Shown in pieces: positions 10,173-17,701 of a DNA stretch of 43,180 nucleotides. The notes below the pieces were generated by a model. It was not told where the DNA came from, made no database searches, and saw only the letters and a program-made list of their open reading frames with translations. The translations under genes were made by a program, and so were the position numbers. This stretch comes from a virus (Duplodnaviria > Caudoviricetes), in IMG/VR virus record IMGVR_UViG_3300020711_000016, positions 1 to 43,180 of that record; one strand, 5' to 3'. Position 1 is the first letter of the stretch. Every line of letters begins with the position of its first letter.

Positions 10173-10588
10173 CGTCTCATCTCCAGCCAACGGCATTCTT
10201 CTTTAAGCATGCCGTATAAAATAAAGTCTGTACCGTCAGAAGCTCCACGGCGTATTACCCCTTCACGGACAAAACCTAGGTGTTCATCGAACTTTTGAGC
10301 TGCAAAGTTGTCTGTACGTACTAACCCAGTTACCCTGTTACATTCTAACTGAATAAATGGATATGCGAAACACCTATATAAAAAATCTCTTGTTAGCCAC
10401 TCTTTACCAGTTCCAGCCACATGCATAGCAATCGAGGGGCCTGTGTACCAGTTAAACACTACTCCAGCCACTAATTCACCATCTTTTTCTAGCCCGATCG
10501 TATTGCACTTACCAAAGTCATCCTCATCGATCTGCTTACCAACCCACTCTATTACTCGGGCATCTTGGTTATATATGACTTGTTTCAT
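10169..10588 (-). CDS. GNAT-family N-acetyltransferase (virion-assembly associated; positional analogue of P22 gp14 / T7 gp13)
   Basis: RimJ/RimL-like C-terminus NFAAQKFDEHLGFVREGVIR...YGMLKEEC; located between the tail genes and the ejection genes. Confidence 0.8.
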   Translation of the reverse strand: MKQVIYNQDARVIEWVGKQIDEDDFGKCNTIGLEKDGELVAGVVFNWYTGPSIAMHVAGTGKEWLTRDFLYRCFAYPFIQLECNRVTGLVRTDNFAAQKFDEHLGFVREGVIRRGASDGTDFILYGMLKEECRWLEMRR

Positions 10589-11007
10589 GGAGTAGGCTTT
10601 GTAGGCGCTACTGGGAACATCCCATTTTTGAAGTCATCTTCAGTCATATCTCGTAGAGCTTTACGGTATGTAGCCCACATTGCACGGTCATCAGTAGTTA
10701 AAGCATTATCTGAAACCTGTGTCCAATCGCTATTGGAGAGTAATTCATTTCTTTTTATTCTTCCTAATGCAATTGCTCTGGCTCCATCAGAAACCCACTG
10801 CTTTGTAGCATAGTCAAATTTCCAGTAGCCATCCGGTTTATCTGGAATAGCAATAAAACCATTGTCCCAATAATATTCACTATCAGAATAGCTACCTTCT
10901 GCTATATCGTTACCTTGCCCTGGTACTTGTGCCGCAAAATGTTCCTCGGGGCATGCTCCTGTCCATAAGACCTGGCCTGTAGATCGGTTATATACCGTAT
11001 AGTCCAT
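10585..11007 (-). CDS. Tail fibre assembly chaperone
   Basis: RNELLSNSDWTQVSD...WATYRKALRD...FPVAP motif; directly downstream of a fibre gene. Confidence 0.8.
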   Translation of the reverse strand: MDYTVYNRSTGQVLWTGACPEEHFAAQVPGQGNDIAEGSYSDSEYYWDNGFIAIPDKPDGYWKFDYATKQWVSDGARAIALGRIKRNELLSNSDWTQVSDNALTTDDRAMWATYRKALRDMTEDDFKNGMFPVAPTKPTP

Positions 11008-13049
11008 TAACGTTTTACCTCAAGAACTGAAATAAGAGAGTTAGCTAGACCACCCCATGGCGTGAAATAATTCCAGTCGCCACCTTGAGTCCATATATTG
11101 TATGTAACTAGCCCGGCATAAGTTGATGTATCTAGATAGGATAGATATAACCCTGTGCCTGGGGCTGCTTGTGTTGCTATAAGAAAGTTTCCATAGAACA
11201 CACCATGACCAGCACCAATCCAAGGGGGTGATCCATTTGTATTTAGGGCCGCTTGCATTGAATTTGAAGCCCCGTTATTTTGACCGCAGAATGTAATTAC
11301 TTTTGGCGCACCTGTCGAATAAAAAGACACCGTTAGGGAGATACCCCAGCCGTAATTATTGTCTCCAGCACCTCGCTCCCCTGCTACAAAAGCGCTAACT
11401 GGTATTGTTACAGCTTGCCCTTGAATACTTAAGGTGCTAACAGCGGCATTAGCTATTTTGGCATTATCAATAGCAGCAGAGGCAATCTTGGCATTAGTAA
11501 TGTTTCCATCTGCGATATTAGCTGCGACGATAGTAGCTGAGGCTATCTGAGCGTTTGTAATAGTTGCGGAGGCAATATTAGCTGCAGTAATCGTAGCACT
11601 AGCTATATCAGCAGAAGTAATCGTAGCATCAGCAATTTGAGCGGAAGTAATTGTTCCATTAGCTATTTGAGCGTTTGTAATAGAGGCATTAACTATCTTT
11701 GCAGCTGTAATGCTTGCATCAGCAATATTTGCTGTACCAACAGCTAGGTTGGCGATCTTGGCATTAGTAATAGCTGCATCAGCGATCTTCGCTGTAGTGA
11801 TATTGGCATCAATAATTTTGGCAGCCGTAATGGAAGCATCCGCCATTTTTGCCGTACCAACAGCTAGGTTGGCGATCTTTGCAGAATCAACAGCTAGGTT
11901 AGCGATCTTGGCATTAGTAATAGCTGCGTCTTGGATAAAGGCGTTAACCATCGCCACTCGAGTAACCCCATCAACAACACCAATAGCAAATGGAACACTC
12001 GGAGTTTCCCCAGTACTAGAAGGACTTACTACTGCAAATCTATCAGCAATAACTATAAAACTAGATGTTGGAGTTCCACCAGTTGTTGTAGAAGCCAAGC
12101 CAAACCCAGCGACCCGACCATTGATATCGACCTTAACTGTGTACTGAGCTAGTAACCCACCATCTACACTTGCTCTAGTTGTTGCCTCTGTTGAGACAGC
12201 TGCAGTTAACGTAGTGTTATTTGTATTTACAGTTGACTGGAGCGTTGTAATGCTTGTTGACAACGCACTATCGGCATTTGCTCTTGTAGTTGCCTCAGAC
12301 TGAATAGATGCATTTAAAGTACTTTGATTAGTACTTACAGTAGATTGCAGTGTAGTAATAGAACTTTGGAGCGCACTATCAGCAGTTGTCCTGCTTGTAG
12401 TTTCTGTAGTTAATCGTGCATTTACACTCCCTGGTACTGACGGATCGGCAGTAATTAAATTTATTTTGCTTGATAAGTCAGCGTAGAGCTGGCTTTCAGT
12501 AATCTGCCCCCGAAGCACAGACATCACATAAGCAGGATCTAGAGCAGTTTGACCAAGAGTTCCAACAGGACTGTTATATGGCCCAGTGATATTTGCTTGT
12601 GATACAAATCGAATCCAGTAATAGTATGTTGAATTATTACCAACAGTATCTGTATAAACAGAACCCGGGGCAAACCCTATTAGAGCCGCTGTAGAGAGTA
12701 CGTTAGTTGTAGATCTCCATACCTCTGTATATGCATGGTTCAGATATGCAGCATCATCCCAACTCATAATGATATTAGTAAAGGCTCCCATAATCGAGAA
12801 GCCAGTGGGCATAGGCGGGGGAGTGTAGTCTGTTAGGGGGTTATAAGCAGATGTATTGGGAGAATTACTGACAGACGTTAGATTCTGAATACCTGTACTA
12901 ATTACTTGCCCATTAGGTAATGGAGCCCCTGTAACCATACTTCCAAGAATCTCTAAAGACTCTTTCATTGGGCGAAGAATAGCTGCAATCGTTTGATCGG
13001 TTACGGGGGTAACCGTAGGGATACCAGGTAGGTTTGGGATATCTGCCAT
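11007..13049 (-). CDS. Tail fibre / host-specificity protein (fibronectin-like N-terminal part, coiled coil, DUF1983-like segment, decapeptide repeats)
   Basis: YYYWIRFVSQANITGPYN; heptad-like repeats (TEATTRA..DSAL); YTVKVDINGRVAGFGL...FIVIADRFAV; 16 copies of an ITxAKIAxAx-type decapeptide. Confidence 0.8.
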   Translation of the reverse strand: MADIPNLPGIPTVTPVTDQTIAAILRPMKESLEILGSMVTGAPLPNGQVISTGIQNLTSVSNSPNTSAYNPLTDYTPPPMPTGFSIMGAFTNIIMSWDDAAYLNHAYTEVWRSTTNVLSTAALIGFAPGSVYTDTVGNNSTYYYWIRFVSQANITGPYNSPVGTLGQTALDPAYVMSVLRGQITESQLYADLSSKINLITADPSVPGSVNARLTTETTSRTTADSALQSSITTLQSTVSTNQSTLNASIQSEATTRANADSALSTSITTLQSTVNTNNTTLTAAVSTEATTRASVDGGLLAQYTVKVDINGRVAGFGLASTTTGGTPTSSFIVIADRFAVVSPSSTGETPSVPFAIGVVDGVTRVAMVNAFIQDAAITNAKIANLAVDSAKIANLAVGTAKMADASITAAKIIDANITTAKIADAAITNAKIANLAVGTANIADASITAAKIVNASITNAQIANGTITSAQIADATITSADIASATITAANIASATITNAQIASATIVAANIADGNITNAKIASAAIDNAKIANAAVSTLSIQGQAVTIPVSAFVAGERGAGDNNYGWGISLTVSFYSTGAPKVITFCGQNNGASNSMQAALNTNGSPPWIGAGHGVFYGNFLIATQAAPGTGLYLSYLDTSTYAGLVTYNIWTQGGDWNYFTPWGGLANSLISVLEVKR
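11440..11930 (-). repeat. Tandem 30-bp / 10-aa repeats (16 units, ITNAKIANLA-like)
   Basis: Read from the translation. Exact DNA duplications: gcgatcttggcattagtaatagctgc at ~11752 and ~11902; ccaacagctaggttggcgatctt at ~11737 and ~11857. Confidence 0.9.
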
Positions 13050-15610
13050 TATTGCTTAGTCTCTGTCATCGTAGAAGCTAGCAGAACAGACCTGACTGGT
13101 ACATTACCGAGCACTTCTATTTCCCAGTTCACTGCTTTAAATCCTGCTGGAAGTCTTACGGGGTCAGATGAAGTTACATTTGCATCGTATTGCTTTACCC
13201 CGTCAGCATAGACTTTGATATTGATGTAACTACCCGCATTAGCAGCCATGAATATATAGTCTGCATAAACTTGAAGAGCCCCAAAATTACTTGGTAGAGG
13301 GCATTGGAATATCTTTGATTTCCAGTCATAGGTACTATTAGTTGCCCCCGCATCTATCTTATAGATCTTATTATCTGTATTCGATAAAGCAAATAGGTAG
13401 CCTGTACCTGGCTCTACAAATACTGCATTAGCTGGAAAACTAAAGTTTACTAGGGGTGGATTGTCATTACGTTGAATAATGATTGCGTTATATGTTGACC
13501 CTACTTTATAGAAGCCAAAGTACATATTGTTATATAGTGCCCCAATCAAGGAGGATGGGTTAATAGCTTGCCATTCATCTCGTGAGTACAGAGCAGTTGT
13601 TACTACATCTTGTGATCCTGGGCCAATAGAAACTAAGCCATTAGGACTTGCGTACATAACCCCAAACTGATCACAGGTAATAGACTTCTTAGATACACAA
13701 GGCTGGTTAATCGCTAGCTTTTCTTGCGTCATCATCGTAGGAGTTGATCCTGAAACTATGTATGGATTCTTTGTAGTTCCTACAAATAGAGAATTATTAA
13801 ATACTCCTAAACCCACAATTGGATACTCGGTAGTCAACATGTAAGTTGATGGCCAGGCATGAGGCATATACGGTTCACAGAACCAAATCTGGTTCCCAAC
13901 AAAACCCGCCAGTATGCCGTTTGGCATGGAGACTAAGCCTTGTAGCCCAGTAGGTGGAGGTGTGAAATATAGAGAAGGAAGTACAAGTCCTAGCCCAGTA
14001 GCATCGATACTGTCTACGTATGATGAAGATGCAATAGGGATCTCAGCAACTAGCTGGTAAGTTGTTGTATTCGCACCAACTACAGTTCTATAAATACGTC
14101 GGTACTTAAAGTTATAGTTCCCAGTAGGAGGCGTAGTAAAGCCATTAACAGTTACTGATGCCCCAGAATAAGTACATATACATGTTCCTGCTGGGCTTGG
14201 GGCAGATTCTTCTGCTACCGTTCCAAATTCAGTTACATTGGTATAGATATAGCTTCGTGTTTCAAGCGTATCAAAAACAGCTTCAGCTGTTGCACCTACT
14301 CCACCACCACCTGTAATAGAAATAACGGGAACAGTTGAGTAGTTTGACCCACCATTAACAACCGTTATACCTTGAACAGATCCTGAAATCGCTGCTGTAG
14401 CTGCAGCCCCAGAACCACTGGTGCTAGTAAAAGAAACTGTAGGTGGAGATAGATACCCACCACCAGCGTAATCTACATTGATACTCACTACTGAACAGCT
14501 AATAGTAGCTGTTGCTACGCCACCGATACCTGAAGTACTCGAGAACAAAACACTAGGAGCAGATGTATATCCAGTACCACCGTTAGTTATAGTTACCCCA
14601 GTAATAGCCCCTGCAGATACAGTAGCAGTAGCAGTAGCACCAGAACCTCCGCCACCAATAAATGAGATTGCAGGAGCTGTTGTAAAGCTTGAACCACCAC
14701 TATTTAGGGCGATAGCTGAAATAGATCCACTGATAACAGCAGTTCCTACAGCACCAGATCCACCGCCAATAATTGCAGTAGCCGCTCCGCCAGTTCCACC
14801 ACCACCAGTGATGACAACGTTAGGCACTAGAGAATACCCAGAGCCGTTATTAGTAATGACGATTTGAGATAGAGCTCCATCTTTAACAATGGCAGATGCA
14901 GTTAAGCCTGTCCCGTTACCCCCTGTAAAGCTAATTGCAGGAGCAGATGTATACCCAGTACCAGCAGCAGTTATATTTATTGCGTAGATAGATGTTGAAG
15001 TTAACGTAACAGCGGGAGGAGTTTTGTACCCTGTACCACCATTAGTAACTGTGTATGACTTAATTGAAGCTGACATAGCTGCGGAAGCTATAAGGCCAGT
15101 ACCGCCGCCGCCTGTAGCTGAAACTGTTGGGATACTTGTATACCCAGAACCAGGGTTAGTTAAGTTAATCGTTGTAACAGCTTGAACCACGTTAAGATTT
15201 GGTGCATCTGTTGGCGCTGGAACACCCATCTCATAGTATGCATTTGGGTAGGGGGCTGCTCCACCACCATTCCCAGTCGCTAAAGACCAGTTTGTTTTAC
15301 GGGGTGTAAATGTATCACTTGTGTAATAAAGACGGTATTCAGATGTATCGGCTACAGGGCCAACTACGTAGTCAGTATTTTGAGCTGATTCTAACCAGAC
15401 AGGATTAGTTCCTGTAGCACCAGTAAATTTGAATATAGCCTTAACCCCAGTTGCAATCGGAGAATATTCAAAGACTGGAGTTTTCCATGCTCTAAGTTCC
15501 CCGGATTGAATCTTTACATTACTTGCTACTTGAGCTTGTGCATCGTTTAAGTTAGTTGGGCCAAGCTTGGGTACTATCCCCGAAAAACTTTGTAGTTTTA
15601 TTACTGGCAT
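13049..15610 (-). CDS. Tail nozzle / DNA-stabilisation protein with inserted Gly-rich repeat array
   Basis: N-terminal FSGIVPKLGPTNL and C-terminal propeller-like segments (WFCEPYMPHAWP, YASPNGLV, WKSKIF, RLPAGFKA) typical of podovirus nozzle proteins; central GxGYTSxPxVxxxGGGG repeats. Confidence 0.7.
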   Translation of the reverse strand: MPVIKLQSFSGIVPKLGPTNLNDAQAQVASNVKIQSGELRAWKTPVFEYSPIATGVKAIFKFTGATGTNPVWLESAQNTDYVVGPVADTSEYRLYYTSDTFTPRKTNWSLATGNGGGAAPYPNAYYEMGVPAPTDAPNLNVVQAVTTINLTNPGSGYTSIPTVSATGGGGTGLIASAAMSASIKSYTVTNGGTGYKTPPAVTLTSTSIYAINITAAGTGYTSAPAISFTGGNGTGLTASAIVKDGALSQIVITNNGSGYSLVPNVVITGGGGTGGAATAIIGGGSGAVGTAVISGSISAIALNSGGSSFTTAPAISFIGGGGSGATATATVSAGAITGVTITNGGTGYTSAPSVLFSSTSGIGGVATATISCSVVSINVDYAGGGYLSPPTVSFTSTSGSGAAATAAISGSVQGITVVNGGSNYSTVPVISITGGGGVGATAEAVFDTLETRSYIYTNVTEFGTVAEESAPSPAGTCICTYSGASVTVNGFTTPPTGNYNFKYRRIYRTVVGANTTTYQLVAEIPIASSSYVDSIDATGLGLVLPSLYFTPPPTGLQGLVSMPNGILAGFVGNQIWFCEPYMPHAWPSTYMLTTEYPIVGLGVFNNSLFVGTTKNPYIVSGSTPTMMTQEKLAINQPCVSKKSITCDQFGVMYASPNGLVSIGPGSQDVVTTALYSRDEWQAINPSSLIGALYNNMYFGFYKVGSTYNAIIIQRNDNPPLVNFSFPANAVFVEPGTGYLFALSNTDNKIYKIDAGATNSTYDWKSKIFQCPLPSNFGALQVYADYIFMAANAGSYINIKVYADGVKQYDANVTSSDPVRLPAGFKAVNWEIEVLGNVPVRSVLLASTMTETKQ
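14270..15178 (-). repeat. Eight ~38-aa I.ITNGG.GYT..P.V...GGGG.GA.A.A repeats inside the nozzle
   Basis: Counted directly in the translation. Confidence 0.85.
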
Positions 15611-15625
15611 GGCCCGTCCCTTTAA

Positions 15626-15871
15626 TTACTTAGATGCTTTAATAACTGGAGCTTCTTCTTTAGCAGGTGCTTTTTCTTCTACGTAGCCTTCAGGTTTGCC
15701 ATAAGTCCCAGCTTCGATCTGGTCGGCAATTAATTGGCCTTCTTCATTCAAAGTAAATGTTCCATCTGCGTTACCAACAAATTTACGATCTGCACGTTCA
15801 CCAACGATCAATTGACCGCCTACTACTTCTGCGTTAGTTGCTTCAATAAATTCTTTTAAGCTAATTGCCAT
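15626..15871 (-). CDS. Hypothetical protein
   Basis: 81 aa with GAGGAG RBS upstream; co-directional with its neighbours. Confidence 0.75.
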   Translation of the reverse strand: MAISLKEFIEATNAEVVGGQLIVGERADRKFVGNADGTFTLNEEGQLIADQIEAGTYGKPEGYVEEKAPAKEEAPVIKASK

Positions 15872-15888
15872 TTGTAAAACTCCTCTTG

Positions 15889-16434
15889 TTATAAAACCAT
15901 TGAAAGGGCTTGTGCCCTAACTACTTTCACACGACGCAGCCAACCTTCTCCATATATAGGAAACAGTTTGAGAGTCTCGTAATACTGGGCATGTGCATCG
16001 CAAAATTCGTTAATGATGGTCTTGAGGGATTCGCCTTTGAACTGAGAAACAGCGGCCATAGTAACGCTGCCAAAACCGCCATCAGGCACAGTCCCGACAA
16101 TCCCCTGCAAAATCTTAATCGCACGTCCTGGCCCGGAATTAACAGCAACATCGAAAACAACATAGTCAAGACCAGCCATAAGCTCATCAGCTCTGCAAGC
16201 ATCCCAGTATTTCCTTTTATAGATTGGAGCTACGTTAGCGGCTGTTAAATTCCGCATGTAGCTATTTGTTACGGGGTGATGTAGCCACTCTTCCATTGAA
16301 GCTTGAGTTACACCCAAATTAGTACAACCAGAACGACCATCAGAAAGAGCGTTCCCAGTATCTCGGGGGTCATCTTGGTATCCACCTTCGCTCTCCAGTA
16401 AATGGGTTAAGCAGTTAGAAAAGTTAGTAATCAT
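15889..16434 (-). CDS. Endolysin, glycoside hydrolase family 108 with C-terminal peptidoglycan-binding domain
   Basis: EGGYQDDPRD.G...TNLGVT, IYKRKYWD, FDVAVNSG.GRA, DGGFGSVT, GWLRRV. Confidence 0.92.
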   Translation of the reverse strand: MITNFSNCLTHLLESEGGYQDDPRDTGNALSDGRSGCTNLGVTQASMEEWLHHPVTNSYMRNLTAANVAPIYKRKYWDACRADELMAGLDYVVFDVAVNSGPGRAIKILQGIVGTVPDGGFGSVTMAAVSQFKGESLKTIINEFCDAHAQYYETLKLFPIYGEGWLRRVKVVRAQALSMVL

Positions 16435-16928
16435 TTGTTTGGTGTGCTGTTGTAGAGCATTTGGTCTTTAGCATGACTAGCGTTGGTAGAACCAAACCAG
16501 AAAGCCACTATAGAGATCCAAGCAGTACCTAAAGAGCCAAGCATAATAAGCAAAGGCTGGTTGTTATCTTGAGCGTAGCCAAGCATGAGTGAAGCTAGAA
16601 TCCCAAAGAATCCCATAGTGATTCCATAGCTAAGAACTGCTGGAACTGCAGACTTGGTAAGCCCTTGCATCTCACGAGCAGATTTTCTGTCATCTACCGC
16701 TAATTGTTCAAAGTTCAAGCCTAGTGCTTGAGTCTGTTCTTTGAACTTAATTTCTTCCATCTGTACTGCTGCGATTTGATCTGCTGATAACTTATTGTTA
16801 TCGATCATCCCTTTTACTTCGTCGGGAGCCACCCCAAATACTTTAGACAAAGCAGTAACTGCCAGCCCAGCAAGAGGGCCACCAAGACATGTAGCAATAG
16901 TTGGTGCAATTTGGGTTAACCAGTTCAT
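16431..16928 (-). CDS. Putative holin (3-TM, GTA-holin-like)
   Basis: IAPTIATCLGGPLAG N-terminus, DRKSAREM, two C-terminal hydrophobic helices ending FWFGS; adjacent to the endolysin. Confidence 0.7.
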   Translation of the reverse strand: MNWLTQIAPTIATCLGGPLAGLAVTALSKVFGVAPDEVKGMIDNNKLSADQIAAVQMEEIKFKEQTQALGLNFEQLAVDDRKSAREMQGLTKSAVPAVLSYGITMGFFGILASLMLGYAQDNNQPLLIMLGSLGTAWISIVAFWFGSTNASHAKDQMLYNSTPNK

Positions 16929-17210
16929 TTAGAGTTTGGGTGCATTACCCGTTTTAATAAGGATGGCTAGGCCAATTAGACTTAGGAAACCAGTTGTTAT
17001 GACTTTTACAGTAGTTGACCATGCTGCTGCTTTTGTTGCTCTCCATGAATCTAAAAGCCCACGAAGTTCTTTTACGTCTGTCCCCGCATCTTCATCGTGT
17101 AAACCTAAGTCAGCTAAGGCTTTACGAGCACCCCATTCGGCAGCTTCCCGCATCATCTCTTTCATTTGAGCGTGTGAGGGGTTATCAATATCATCAAATG
17201 GAGTTAACAT
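16929..17210 (-). CDS. DUF6127-like membrane protein of the lysis cassette
   Basis: AAEWGARKALADLGLHDEDAGTDVKELRGLLDSWR followed by a C-terminal TM helix; GAGGTG RBS. Confidence 0.65.
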   Translation of the reverse strand: MLTPFDDIDNPSHAQMKEMMREAAEWGARKALADLGLHDEDAGTDVKELRGLLDSWRATKAAAWSTTVKVITTGFLSLIGLAILIKTGNAPKL

Positions 17211-17283
17211 AGCTCACCTCAATTAGTCTGTATTACGGTAAAAATGCACATAGTTATCCCATCTGTTTGGGGTTTTTCATAAT

Positions 17284-17329
17284 AATATACTAACAGATTA
17301 TATGCATAATACCCACATACATACTAACA
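17284..17329 (-). promoter_or_regulatory. Putative lysis-cassette promoter: TATAAT (17297-17302, minus strand) flanked by two TACTAACA motif copies
   Basis: Exact 12-mer at 17318-17329 lies over the expected -35 position; a variant copy at 17284-17295. Confidence 0.55.
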
Positions 17330-17334
17330 AATAG

Positions 17335-17700
17335 TTATGCAGATGGTACAGATATGTCTGGAGTAGGTGCTATTGATTCTATTACTGGAACCCAAGGAAT
17401 AGGCAATTGAACAATTGGAGGATTCTTTTTAAGTGCTAAAGCAGCGTCTAAAGATGCTTCAAGTGTAGGTACGTCTAATTTAGCTTGCACCCAACCAATA
17501 ACCTCAGATTCAGTAAGAGTTGAATACGGCTTAAATGAGGCTGCATCAGGTGCTTCAAAGCTAACAGAACCATATGATCCTACAAAATCAGTTCCATCTG
17601 TGCAATCAACTAGGTAATGCGCTGTTACTACTACGTCAACTAATCCATCTACGGATTTAGCTGTATCGAGTGCTGCAATTTTATATGTGTATGTGTTCAT
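17335..17700 (-). CDS. Putative tail fibre-associated / chaperone protein
   Basis: FKPYSTLTESEVIGWVQAKL...LPIPW motif, often seen immediately after S74-bearing fibres. Confidence 0.6.
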   Translation of the reverse strand: MNTYTYKIAALDTAKSVDGLVDVVVTAHYLVDCTDGTDFVGSYGSVSFEAPDAASFKPYSTLTESEVIGWVQAKLDVPTLEASLDAALALKKNPPIVQLPIPWVPVIESIAPTPDISVPSA

Positions 17701-17701
17701 A

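Noticed and set aside
15927-16202. Alternative-frame hydrophobic ORF within the endolysin as an embedded spanin
   Set aside because: It has no convincing RBS or lipobox at the end of the hydrophobic stretch; it is likely a frame artefact.
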